Positions 41,368-51,458 are shown, numbered from the stretch's first letter. The stretch: DNA of 64,000 nucleotides from an uncultured Spirochaetota bacterium (GCA_963783575.1 CAWAOD010000005.1:64001-128000), one strand, 5' to 3'. Numbers and translations are program-made. The notes: a model not told the origin generated them from the sequence alone.

Positions 41368-42723
41368 TTATATTATTGTTCCATCCGGAATCGCCGCATT
41401 TTTATTTACAACAACTATACCGTCAACAATCGCATAATTGGCTTCAACCTTGTTAACAATATTTGCCTCATTAATTATCTTAACATTTTTACCTATCCTG
41501 CAATTTTTATCAATAATAGCGTTTTTAATGATAGAATTGTCGCCAATCCCGATATGAGGCTGCTTCTTATCGCGGTTTTTTTTCTTATCTTCATCAGTCT
41601 CATAAAAATCAGCCCCGATTATGAAACTGTTTTCAATTTTCACCCCTTTTTTTATAACACTTCTGACCCCGATAATGGAGTTTTTGATTGCCGCATCCTT
41701 AATAATAACTCCATCGCTAATAATACAATGCTCAAGTTTACCTGACGCTATTTCAGATGGAGGCAGAAAACGCGGATGGCTGAAGAATGGCGCGGATGAT
41801 TCATAAAAATTAAAAGCGCCGTTTTCCTTGGTAAGTTCGATATTTGCTGCATGAAAAGATTTGATCGTTCCGATATCTTCCCAGTAATTGTCATGAATGA
41901 ATCCATATACATTATATTTATTCTGAATGGAATAGGGTATAACTTCCTTTCCAAAATCAAGCATTTCCGGGTGAGTTAATAGAATATCAAACAGAATATT
42001 GATATTAAAGATATACATGCCCATAGAGCCGAAATGGGTTTTACCCTCCAGATTACAAATCGATAAAAACTTTTCGGAAATTTCCCACCCATTAATCAAA
42101 TCCATGGATTTAGGTTTTTCGATAAAATTTGTGATCCGCAGATCGTCGTCTATCCTAAGAATGCCGCACCTTGGTATGTCATCCTGGGGGACAGGAATTA
42201 TGCCGAGTGTAATATCGGCGTTATTGTCTATATGGCATGCCAAAAGTTTATGGAAATCCATTCTGTAAAGCTGATCTCCGGATAATATCAAAACATATTG
42301 AGCGTCTTTAGAATCCCTGTAGCTTCTGAAGTGCTTCAGCGCCCTCCTAACCGCATCCGCCGTTCCTTGTGTAAATCCGCTGTCGGAAATATCTTCGGTC
42401 TGTTCGGTTGCCAGAATATCCACAAATCCGTTGTGAAAGATGTCAAATTTATATGTCTGTACAATATGCCGGTTTAATGAAGCCGAGTTGTATTGTGTCA
42501 TAACAAAAACTTTATTTACACCTGAATTTATGCAGTTGCTTATCGGTATATCGATAAGCCTGTAATTTCCTCCGAAAGGCACAGCCGGTTTTGACCTGTC
42601 TTTTGTTAAAGGGTAAAGCCTGGTTCCCTTTCCGCCTCCTAGAATAACTCCAAGAACCTGGTTAACCGGGTTATTATATCGTTGATTCTTATTACTGCAA
42701 TCATTCATGAAAACCTCCTTCAA
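41368..42723 (-). CDS. glgC: Glucose-1-phosphate adenylyltransferase
   Basis: GGGKGTRLYPLT..RSKPAVP, QGTADAVR, SGDQLYRMD and YWEDIGT. Confidence 0.97.
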   Translation of the reverse strand: MKEVFMNDCSNKNQRYNNPVNQVLGVILGGGKGTRLYPLTKDRSKPAVPFGGNYRLIDIPISNCINSGVNKVFVMTQYNSASLNRHIVQTYKFDIFHNGFVDILATEQTEDISDSGFTQGTADAVRRALKHFRSYRDSKDAQYVLILSGDQLYRMDFHKLLACHIDNNADITLGIIPVPQDDIPRCGILRIDDDLRITNFIEKPKSMDLINGWEISEKFLSICNLEGKTHFGSMGMYIFNINILFDILLTHPEMLDFGKEVIPYSIQNKYNVYGFIHDNYWEDIGTIKSFHAANIELTKENGAFNFYESSAPFFSHPRFLPPSEIASGKLEHCIISDGVIIKDAAIKNSIIGVRSVIKKGVKIENSFIIGADFYETDEDKKKNRDKKQPHIGIGDNSIIKNAIIDKNCRIGKNVKIINEANIVNKVEANYAIVDGIVVVNKNAAIPDGTII

Positions 42724-43025
42724 GATTTAATAATCCTTTATAAAATCATAATATCAATTATTATAATTCTTAAATATAGTATAGTTTAAAACCGGAAAAA
42801 GTCAACAAGAGAATATTATTTGTAAGGATCTCAACAATTACTTCTGTATAATTGAAATAAAGTCATGCCCGGCTCCATGCTTTTTTAAAATAAATCCGGA
42901 TATAATTGGGTTAGGGGAAATATGGCAAATTTTTTGCGTTTTTTTTGTCTTTTCTCTACATTATCATTGGGCAGAAATTATAATATTTTCTGTAAGCTGT
43001 ATTACCGGGTAAAACGGGAGCGTAT

Positions 43026-43553
43026 ATGAAGTCTATTGTACTGTATAGATCAATATCCGGCTACACGAAGAAATACGCGCAATGGATTGCTGAGGAACTC
43101 GGAGCCGATCTTTTCGGCTGCCGAAAGGTTGAACCCCATGCCCTCTCAGGCTATGACCTTATTATTTTCGGCGGCAGCCTTCATATGGGCAGAATAAACG
43201 GCATCGGAATAATCAAGCGTAACTTCGCAGCCCTCGCGGGCAAGCGCATCATTATCTTTGCCACCGGGGGTTCGCTGGTTAGAGAGAGTCTTGCCGGGGA
43301 GATTCTGGCGGCCAACTTTTCAGGGGAGCATCAGAAGCATTTGCGGCTCTTCTATTTTCGAGGCGGCTTCGACTTCAGCAAACTGGGTACTATTGATAAG
43401 ATCCTGATGATATGCAGGAAATGGAAGATACGGATGAAGAGGAGCGAAGACCTGACACCTGACGAGAAGGAGTTTTTCGCAGCCTACGCTAATCCCGCGG
43501 ACGGAACAAACAAGGAATCCATCCGAACGCTTGTTGACTATGCTCGTTCATAG
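43026..43553 (+). CDS. Flavodoxin-domain protein
   Basis: Y.S.SG.TKKYAQWIA and FYFRGGFD; more GC-rich than its neighbours. Confidence 0.85.
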   Translation: MKSIVLYRSISGYTKKYAQWIAEELGADLFGCRKVEPHALSGYDLIIFGGSLHMGRINGIGIIKRNFAALAGKRIIIFATGGSLVRESLAGEILAANFSGEHQKHLRLFYFRGGFDFSKLGTIDKILMICRKWKIRMKRSEDLTPDEKEFFAAYANPADGTNKESIRTLVDYARS

Positions 43554-43590
43554 GGCTTGAGTGATTATTCCCCGTATTTTATCTAAACGA

Positions 43591-44460
43591 TTATTTCGAA
43601 TAAATAATCTTTGTAGCCTTCTTATTTATTAACCTTTCGCTGAAATACACTCCTAATATTACAAAAATTGTATCAACAACAGCCCGTCCGACAATAAATT
43701 GTACAAATCTCAACACTGAGCTCTGATATACGAAAGGCCAGAATAAATTAAAAATTAACCAGTTAGTCCCAACATTTGTCAATCCAAAAAACACAGATTT
43801 TTTAATAAGGTTCTTCTCGCTTATATTCCGGCCAGTCAGTATATATAATGTCCCAAATGAAATTCCCGCAGCCAGCGTCCATATAAATGTTGAGACAGAC
43901 CTTTCAATAAACCCGGACTCAATTTTTAATATTGAATAAGAAAAATATCTGCCAATAATATAAAATAAGGTAACAGCTGACAAAATTAGACTATTATTTA
44001 GCAAAGTTGAAACATTATCCTTAATTTGACTTTTACTGCTTTGACTATCAGATGCCAAGAATTTTCCTGATAATATGCCGAAAACAATTACCGATATTAA
44101 ATCAACTAAACATAATCTAATATCCGCGATAATAGATGACTTCCCAAATACAGGATTTGTTTCAATTCCACCTAAAAAAAAGATTACTCCCCATGAAATA
44201 CCAAATTTCAAACCTTTGATTATTTTACTTCCATTTAGCCATTTTTCTATGATTAAAAATGTGACAGACATGCTGGAGAAAAATACAATAAAAAATATTA
44301 TAACAACTGTATCCATACCTATAGTTTTAGAAAAGATTGATAAAGGATCAATATTAGTCCACAATTCTGTTCCATCAATTATATGCCCCACGGCATTAAT
44401 AAAAGTCGCGATTAATGCTATAAGTAATATTTTCCACCAATTATTCTTTAAATTTAACAT
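43591..44460 (-). CDS. Multi-pass membrane protein, hypothetical
   Basis: About 8 hydrophobic segments. Confidence 0.7.
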   Translation of the reverse strand: MLNLKNNWWKILLIALIATFINAVGHIIDGTELWTNIDPLSIFSKTIGMDTVVIIFFIVFFSSMSVTFLIIEKWLNGSKIIKGLKFGISWGVIFFLGGIETNPVFGKSSIIADIRLCLVDLISVIVFGILSGKFLASDSQSSKSQIKDNVSTLLNNSLILSAVTLFYIIGRYFSYSILKIESGFIERSVSTFIWTLAAGISFGTLYILTGRNISEKNLIKKSVFFGLTNVGTNWLIFNLFWPFVYQSSVLRFVQFIVGRAVVDTIFVILGVYFSERLINKKATKIIYSK

Positions 44461-44699
44461 AAATAATCCTCCTATCTATAAATTTAAAAAAATATATAAT
44501 ACTGTAGCTGTTGTGTGAATTATGATTATTTGTTCATGTTTTGTGGGCAATGTATATTTAAACACTTTCTACAAAAATATGAAAAATATGCCTAATAATG
44601 CATTAATACTAAAATTAAACAGAAGAAATTTACCTTTGCAGATAAAACTTTCCTTCTATCACAGTGTTGTGCCATCGGTAAATTCATAAGAAACAATTT

Positions 44700-45236
44700 T
44701 TATTTACTCAGAACTTTTATAGTTTTCTCAATAATTTTATTTTTTACCTCATCAAACGCCTTATCATCATCGGTTAAGGAAGCTGAAGTAATTGCGTCGA
44801 TTTTCTTGCTATTTAAAACCATGCCGTAAGGGCTATTGAATATAGGTAAACTTTGAGTAGAAACATAAATAATATTGCCGGCGTAATTATTTGTTAAGAT
44901 ATATTCCACAGCCTTAGGAAGCGGATGAAATTGCCTGACTCCCGAAAGAAGGATCACCGAGCCGTAATCCGCCGGATTGTATTGACCGCCGTTGGAGATG
45001 CTATCAACGGTGACGCTAATCTCTTTTGCGTTAAAATTCTGCGCCAGGGCCGCCGTCAGGTTTTTCTTAAACTCGGTATCATACGCCAGTATACAGACAT
45101 TGGCTTTCGAATTTGTAGCCGGATAAGTTTCCGCAAAAAGCGATGAAACGGATACAACAAATAAAAAAATTACCAAAATAACCTGAAATGAATCTTTTAA
45201 TCCTATCATATGAACCTCCGTAATTACACAAGTCAC
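44700..45236 (-). CDS. Exported hypothetical protein, flavodoxin-like, with IDAITSAS motif
   Basis: Signal peptide; start likely 45209. Confidence 0.6.
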   Translation of the reverse strand: MTCVITEVHMIGLKDSFQVILVIFLFVVSVSSLFAETYPATNSKANVCILAYDTEFKKNLTAALAQNFNAKEISVTVDSISNGGQYNPADYGSVILLSGVRQFHPLPKAVEYILTNNYAGNIIYVSTQSLPIFNSPYGMVLNSKKIDAITSASLTDDDKAFDEVKNKIIEKTIKVLSK

Positions 45237-45243
45237 AATCTTT

Positions 45244-45810
45244 TTATAGTTTCATTTTTAAATTATTGCCAAAATCAAGGGTTCCTAATTCCCCGGCTTT
45301 ATTATAACCAGATAATGTACCAGTATCCCTAATCTCTTGATAAGGGAAATAATAACCTAATAATCCAAGTCCTAATATCAGGGTAGGGTTGCCGTTTTTC
45401 CGGTTAAAAAAGTGAAAATTGTACATGATTGGAAGATTTATACTATGCATGCTAAATGATCTTGTTCCATCAATATTTTTATTGGTATCTTTATAATTTA
45501 TATCTTCGAAGTAACTAATATAATCCAGACCCGTTTCTATAAAATGCCCATAAATATTTATCTCATTATGAATACTGCCATGTCCTCCAACCTTGCTTGC
45601 ACTTGTTATTGCGTCAATATTTCCTGATTTTACAATACTTCCGTAATTAATTCCGCCGGATATAATCAATGAAAACATGTTTGTATTTTCACAATAGGCG
45701 CTGACTAATGATAGTATCAAAAACAGCAATACTACAGAAAATATTTTCAGAACAAGAGAAATCCAAGAATAATCAGGGTCAATTAAAAAATGTTTTACCA
45801 TTTCATTCAT
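45244..45810 (-). CDS. Outer-membrane beta-barrel-like protein with IDAITSAS motif (possibly truncated)
   Basis: Signal peptide and alternating beta-strand pattern (GGINYG, IETGLDY, INLPIMYNF). Confidence 0.55.
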   Translation of the reverse strand: MNEMVKHFLIDPDYSWISLVLKIFSVVLLFLILSLVSAYCENTNMFSLIISGGINYGSIVKSGNIDAITSASKVGGHGSIHNEINIYGHFIETGLDYISYFEDINYKDTNKNIDGTRSFSMHSINLPIMYNFHFFNRKNGNPTLILGLGLLGYYFPYQEIRDTGTLSGYNKAGELGTLDFGNNLKMKL

Positions 45811-45856
45811 AATTGCCTCCTTATATAATTCGATATCGAACTATATATAAAAAAAA

Positions 45857-46131
45857 TTATAAGAAATTCTTGTGCAATTTTTCAAGAACTTTCCTGAAAA
45901 AACTCCATTCCTCTTCGGAGATTCCATCAATCGCTTTCTCAAATAGAACCTTTGTGATAGACTGGAATTCGGTAATAATCCCTTTCCCCTTTTCTGTCAG
46001 GGACAGAAAGCTTGAGCGGTAATCTGACTCGTTCTTTCTCTGCTGAACATAATCAAATTTCTCCAGCTTGGAAACCAGTGTTGTAACCGTCGAGCGTTCC
46101 CTGTTGATTTTATCGGTCACCTCCGACAGGG
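45857..46131 (-). pseudogene. MarR-family regulator, 5'-truncated at the IS21 boundary
   Basis: LSEVTDKINRERSTVTTLVSKLEK...D.R....LTEKG; the N-terminal helices are missing. Confidence 0.85.
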
Positions 46132-46246
46132 TGGAAATGATAAACTAATTTACCAGGGTAGCAATAAATGAAATTCCCATACCTGTCACAAACAGATTTC
46201 CCATAGAGAAGCTTGAAGATTACCTTTAATGAAAATTCATTAAAGG

Positions 46247-47809
46247 ATGGCAGGAATGGTGAAAAATATTATGTATCAGGACATAAAAAAACTGAAACTT
46301 TTGGGGAAAAGTAAAAATGGTGTATCCCGGGAACTGTCAATAGATATTAAGACAGTCCGGAAATATTGGACTATGAACGATGCTGAATACCAGAAAAGCC
46401 TGATGGAATTCTCTTTCCGTGAAAAAGAATTCGAAGGAATAAAAACAGATATATTGAAAGTATATGCAAAGAATGATTACATCCGGCTGAATATGTCTGC
46501 TTTGTATGACTATTTATTGGAGGTAAAAGGCAAACTACCGGCGAATGAAAATACGATGAGGAATTTCGTACATTACCTGATTGAAAGCGGGCAGCTTACC
46601 TTGAATGAAAAGCGACGGTATTACACAAAAGTGCCGGACATGCCATATGGAAAGCAGCTCCAGCTTGATTTCGGTCAATATACCGACAGATATGGCAGAA
46701 GGTATTACATATTTGCCGCGGTGTTATCCGCCAGTCGTTTTAAGTATGCGGCCCTCCAGGAGAGGCCATTCCGGACAGAAGACCTGATCAATCATCTGTT
46801 GGACTGTTTCGCATATATGGGCGGGATACCGCATGAACTTGTCATCGATCAGGACTGCACGATGGTTGCGAGTGAGAACTCAAGCGATATCATCTACACG
46901 AAAGACTTTCAGTATTTCATCGGGGAAATGGGTCTTAAAATGTATGTGTGCCGACCTGCTGACCCGGAAAGTAAGGGAAAGATTGAAAACGTAGTCAAAT
47001 TCATCAAGCACGGTTTCTTCTCAGTCCGGGAGTTCAACAGTTTAATGGAAGCGGAAGAAAGCCTGATGAAATGGCTGGAAAGAAAAGCCAACGGGAGAAT
47101 ATCCCAGGCTACAATGAAAATACCACTGATAGAGATTGAAACGGAAAGACCATATCTCCAATCTGTCAGGAATTCGATATTCCGTAAAGACAGGATAGGA
47201 GCAAGGGAAGAGCGCAGTGTAAGCGATAAATGCCGGATCGCAGTTGATGCAAGCCAGTATGATATTCCCGAAAAATACAGGAACGGTTCGGTGGACATCT
47301 ACAAGACGGGCAGTCGGCTTTTTGTCTTTGACAGGATAACGGGAGAGCAAATCGCCGAATACCGGCTTTCAGTGATTCCGGGGCAGATTGTAACCAACAG
47401 GGCAATGATCCGGGAAATGGGAAAGACTGTGCAGTTATTGAAAGAAGAAGTAAGCGGGTACTTTGATATTCCCGGCTGGAAGGATTTTCTTGAATGTAAT
47501 TTCAGGAAGTTCAATCGTTATGTAAGGGACCAATGTCTTTCCGGAAGAAAATACTTCAGGGACAAGATAATTGATACCGGGAAGCTTACACAAGCGATCT
47601 CAAACTGCCTGGAGAGTGATAGTTATTCCATGAAGGATTTGTGGGATAATTACCTGAACTGTTTTATAACAGAAAAGGCAGAAATACCCTTGAATGTAGA
47701 AAAGATTGTCAGGCCTTCAGTGAATCCTGAACACTATCTTGAAGTAGCTAAATCAGACATCGGGAAATACCAGAGTTTCTGTGACTCCATCGGGGGCCGG
47801 CAATGTTGA
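46247..47809 (+). CDS. istA: IS21 transposase
   Basis: HTH, QLDFG, L.ASRFKY and P.SKGKIEN.V. Confidence 0.93.
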   Translation: MAGMVKNIMYQDIKKLKLLGKSKNGVSRELSIDIKTVRKYWTMNDAEYQKSLMEFSFREKEFEGIKTDILKVYAKNDYIRLNMSALYDYLLEVKGKLPANENTMRNFVHYLIESGQLTLNEKRRYYTKVPDMPYGKQLQLDFGQYTDRYGRRYYIFAAVLSASRFKYAALQERPFRTEDLINHLLDCFAYMGGIPHELVIDQDCTMVASENSSDIIYTKDFQYFIGEMGLKMYVCRPADPESKGKIENVVKFIKHGFFSVREFNSLMEAEESLMKWLERKANGRISQATMKIPLIEIETERPYLQSVRNSIFRKDRIGAREERSVSDKCRIAVDASQYDIPEKYRNGSVDIYKTGSRLFVFDRITGEQIAEYRLSVIPGQIVTNRAMIREMGKTVQLLKEEVSGYFDIPGWKDFLECNFRKFNRYVRDQCLSGRKYFRDKIIDTGKLTQAISNCLESDSYSMKDLWDNYLNCFITEKAEIPLNVEKIVRPSVNPEHYLEVAKSDIGKYQSFCDSIGGRQC

Positions 47810-48552
47810 AGATAAGAGAACAAATCATAACTGCGCTTACAACTCTCGGGTTGAAGGGTATGATAAAACGGATTGATGAGGAAATTGGTGAGGCTGAAAA
47901 GGCAAAAGAGTCTTATCTGAGTTTTCTGCAGAGGCTGCTTTCTCTGGAATTGAATTATAGAGTGGAAAAACGTTTTCAGCGGAATATGGCAGGAGCACAC
48001 TTCCCGGTCCGCAAAGATGTGGAAGGTTTTAATTTTGAAAAAGTGAATGGAATATCTAAAATGGATGTTTCACAGCTATTGGATTTCTGCTGGATTGATA
48101 ATCATCATAACCTGTTGTTCTTTGGGTCTCCGGGGCTGGGGAAAACGCATCTGGCAATTAGTATCGGAATCCGGGCAGTTGAAAAGGGATATATTGTCTG
48201 CTTTGAAAGGATGACTACTCTCATTAAGTTTCTGAAAACGGCGGACATCCAGAGAAGCTCTGCTTTCAGGCTGAACCGGATGATGAAGTCACACTTATTA
48301 ATCATTGATGAGATAGGTTACACACCTATCGAAAAGAAGGAGGCAAATCTATTCTTTAGTCTTGTAAGTGAATTGTATGAAAAGACATCAATTGTGATAA
48401 CATCGAATAAGGGATTTCAGGATTGGGCTGAAATGATGGGAGACCCGATTATGACAACCGCTCTTCTGGATAGGCTTTTACATCATTCAAATATTTATAA
48501 CTTGAGCGGAGAATCTTACAGAATACAAAATTTGAATAAGGAGGTTGAGTAA
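47803..48552 (+). CDS. istB: IS21 helper ATPase
   Basis: GSPGLGKTHLA, LLIIDEIGY, TSN and LDRLLHH. Confidence 0.95.
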   Translation: MLKIREQIITALTTLGLKGMIKRIDEEIGEAEKAKESYLSFLQRLLSLELNYRVEKRFQRNMAGAHFPVRKDVEGFNFEKVNGISKMDVSQLLDFCWIDNHHNLLFFGSPGLGKTHLAISIGIRAVEKGYIVCFERMTTLIKFLKTADIQRSSAFRLNRMMKSHLLIIDEIGYTPIEKKEANLFFSLVSELYEKTSIVITSNKGFQDWAEMMGDPIMTTALLDRLLHHSNIYNLSGESYRIQNLNKEVE

Positions 48553-48693
48553 CCATTCTTTGCCTCCTCACTATGGGAAATACTCACGTGGAAGGTATGG
48601 GGAAAACTCTTGTGAAGCATATGGGAAATACTCTTGTGGAAGGGGTGGGAAATTACCCGAGCGCAGATATGGGAAAAACTCTTGACATTTCCA

Positions 48694-48743
48694 AGGCGTA
48701 GCAAAGCGTAGCCGAGCACCACAGCGCATGTACGCTGTTAGCT
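48694..48743. repeat. Truncated attC-like site (cut by IS21)
   Basis: gcacc(a/g)cagcgcat...GTTAGCT shared with the right end of 50312-50464. Confidence 0.65.
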
Positions 48744-48797
48744 GAAGGGCTTGGCAACGTCGGTATAAAAACGGCAGGACGCCGTTTGAAGCGTAAA

Positions 48798-49250
48798 TTA
48801 ATACTTCCATTTTTTAAAATCAGTAATTATTTGTTGATATAATCTATTAGCAACTTTAGGAAGTTCTTTTTTAATTGCTTCTTGAGGTGGAGTTATAAAT
48901 TGTAAATCTCTTTTTGTCATATTATATAATGATTTTATTTCTTCCATTAAATATATAACTTTTTTAGAAAAATACGGATAATATTCTATAAATGAATATA
49001 ATTCTTTTCTACAATTATATATAAAATCAGAATAAACACTAGCATTATCAGGCCATGTAATACCTTCCAAACCTTCTACAAATATTAATAATTTTTTATA
49101 TGCATTAATTTTATCTTTATCATGTAATTTTATTATTTCTAAATTTTTTTGAGTAAATGAAGTAATAACTCCTCCAATGAATACACCCAATAGTGTAAAA
49201 AAACCAAAAATAATATTTTTATCAATTAATATATCCATATACATCTCCAT
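48798..49250 (-). CDS. Hypothetical protein with N-terminal TM helix (cassette cargo)
   Basis: 150-aa AT-rich ORF; IFGFFTLLGVFIGGVIT. Confidence 0.65.
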   Translation of the reverse strand: MEMYMDILIDKNIIFGFFTLLGVFIGGVITSFTQKNLEIIKLHDKDKINAYKKLLIFVEGLEGITWPDNASVYSDFIYNCRKELYSFIEYYPYFSKKVIYLMEEIKSLYNMTKRDLQFITPPQEAIKKELPKVANRLYQQIITDFKKWKY

Positions 49251-49279
49251 TCCTGAATAATTTTATTATAAAATGATAT

Positions 49280-50194
49280 TTATCTATTAATTTTTAGATC
49301 ATTAAAAGTATGTACATTATTTAAATCATAAAAATATATGGTTTTTAATGTTTTTTTAGAAGAATAGTAATCAGTGTATATCAATTTGTATTGAAATTTT
49401 AGTGACTTATCAAAATAGATATATTCAGTCTCTGTTGCACCAGGTAAAATGTTTATTTCATATAATCTATTATATGATATTGTAGAAGATTTTGTCAGAC
49501 CCTCAATCAGAAAAAACTGATTTTTAGGATTAATTTTAGTAATATATATGCTGTTCGTGTTTACAATTTTAAGTTTCATTTCCATATTATCTGAATAATC
49601 ATCAATTATATTACTCACAATGCTTATTGAGCTTAAAGTATTATAATTATTATTAATAGAATATAGATTAAATCTGTTATATAGGTCATAGCAAAAAATT
49701 GATAAACTGGAAATATATTTTGAATCTGGATATTGATTTTGCAATTCAATCACAGTATTTTCCAAATTAAAATAATCAATATATTTTATAATGTTTGTAG
49801 ATTTATCCAATATATCAAAAATAAAAAATAATTTAGATAGTAGAATATTGTTGGTTATTAGATTTAATCTATTTGTGTAAAGTGAATTTGAGGTAAAGTC
49901 TTTGTTAATATCTTTAAGAAATCCGCTGTAAAATGCAGTAATATACATAATATCATCAAGAATATTTGTATTATCAATATTATTATTTATAAATCCATTT
50001 ATTTCATAAAGGTTTAAGATATAATTACTGATATTACTAATTGTATCTATATCATTTATGGAAGTATTTGTAATTATAGAAAATAATTTCATTAAATTTG
50101 ATTCTAAAAAGTTTTTATTAATATCTCCAAAAATATCTGAACAAAATAGGGTTAATAAGATAATAATAATAGTTTTCATTATTCTTTTATACAT
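49280..50194 (-). CDS. Hypothetical exported Asn/Ile-rich protein (cassette cargo)
   Basis: AGGAGG RBS before ATG 50194; signal peptide; very AT-rich. Confidence 0.6.
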   Translation of the reverse strand: MYKRIMKTIIIILLTLFCSDIFGDINKNFLESNLMKLFSIITNTSINDIDTISNISNYILNLYEINGFINNNIDNTNILDDIMYITAFYSGFLKDINKDFTSNSLYTNRLNLITNNILLSKLFFIFDILDKSTNIIKYIDYFNLENTVIELQNQYPDSKYISSLSIFCYDLYNRFNLYSINNNYNTLSSISIVSNIIDDYSDNMEMKLKIVNTNSIYITKINPKNQFFLIEGLTKSSTISYNRLYEINILPGATETEYIYFDKSLKFQYKLIYTDYYSSKKTLKTIYFYDLNNVHTFNDLKINR

Positions 50195-50311
50195 GTTATC
50201 CCTCCTGTATTTCAAATCACTAAATAAAAATAACGTTTTGTGTTTAATATCATTTCCAGTCCGCCACGATGGCGGACATTATTGTAATATTATAGCATTG
50301 CCAAGCTTTTC

Positions 50312-50464
50312 AGCTAACGTACATGTGTATGCGACGTTGCCAGGTCCGTAAGGACTGGCGTGAGCTTTGCCGCCGCAAAGCGAATGCCAGAGGGCAATGT
50401 GGCGAAGCCCGAGGAGCGCCCGCAGTTTACGAGGACGCACCGCAGCGCATACACAACGTTATGT
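50312..50464. repeat. attC-like recombination site (153 bp)
   Basis: AGCTAAC...GTTATGT outer boxes; inner perfect IR TGTGTATGCG (50324-50333) / CGCATACACA (50446-50455); GC-rich island in AT-rich DNA. Confidence 0.7.
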
Positions 50465-50977
50465 GCAGTGCTGGCGGTCGATTTTCATATAACCTTTTCT
50501 TTATCATATTTCATTTCTACATGAAAATTAATTATTGAAAATCGAGGCTTTAACCTGCCGCAATGTAATTTTAAATAAAATTTATAATAAAATAATGAAA
50601 ATTTTGACTATGACTTTGGTCACATTTTTATATCATTATATACAGTATAGAATAAAAACACAAAATATTTGAAAAAAAATGAAAAATAACCAGGCAAAAA
50701 TTTGCGTTGACTCTCCAATTTTGCTATCATACTAATCAGGAATTTGTCTCTGAAAACAGGCTTTCTCATCAAATTCCTGATTAGTATGACAATCATCTCA
50801 ATGATTGCTGGTTATTATTCATTTTTTCTCTTTTCCATTTGTGTTTTCTTATAAAAATGTAATTAATCTATCAAAATTTTCATTTTACCATAATTACATT
50901 GCGGGAGATCGTTTCATATATCTCCGATATATGATGCGTATCGTTACAGGTTAAAGCCAGCCAGCATTGCATATAAC
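50458..50977. other. ORF-less, cassette-like, 520-bp nested fold-back element
   Basis: At least 7 nested inverted-repeat pairs, including a perfect 20-bp pair 50727-50746/50770-50789. Confidence 0.75.
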
Positions 50978-51381
50978 TCGATATATACGCATTGCGTATA
51001 TTACTCTAATTTCGGAGTGATATGCGCACTATGTATATTACTTCAAAATACTTGTAAAATACAAACTTATTAAAAAACTTAGTAATATTATAACAAATAT
51101 TCTGCCGATCAACGGATATATTTCTATTATAGCATTTTAATTTATAGTTTGTCAATCACAATAAAATGCACAACTTATCATCCCAATGGTTTCCGGATAT
51201 TTGAAAATTTATTGTTGAAAATGTTGAAATTGAATACAGAATTAAATGAAATAAAGGCTATTATGCCATAGTACCCTTTATTTTTTGCTTAATCTGATAA
51301 TATATTATACAATATTAGTATTAATTAATGCCGAATAAGACGGATTATTTATTTACCATATTGTAATATAAAGAATTATCC

Positions 51382-51455
<74 letters not shown>

Positions 51456-51458
51456 ATG

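Larger units (their letters stand above)
46132..48693 (+). mobile_element. IS21-family insertion sequence
   Basis: Terminal IRs TGGAAATGATAAACTAATTTACCA and TGGAAATGTCAAGAGTTTTTCCCA; five 24-bp-spaced TGGGAAA-type repeats at the right end; istA-istB. Confidence 0.9.

Noticed and set aside
44075..44518. 147-aa + strand ORF and similar antisense shadow ORFs throughout the track
   Set aside because: They lie opposite well-supported genes and have no motifs.
48572..48693. Five 24-bp-periodic TGGGAAA repeats as a CRISPR array
   Set aside because: There are no unique spacers and no cas genes; position and sequence fit the multiple terminal repeats of IS21.
50323..50538. 71-aa ORF
   Set aside because: It runs through the GC-rich attC-like palindrome and has no protein-like features.
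50978..51380. Integron integrase or tRNA-anchored island integrase
   Set aside because: There is no tyrosine-recombinase ORF here or elsewhere in the window, and I found no duplicate of the tRNA 3' end by eye.
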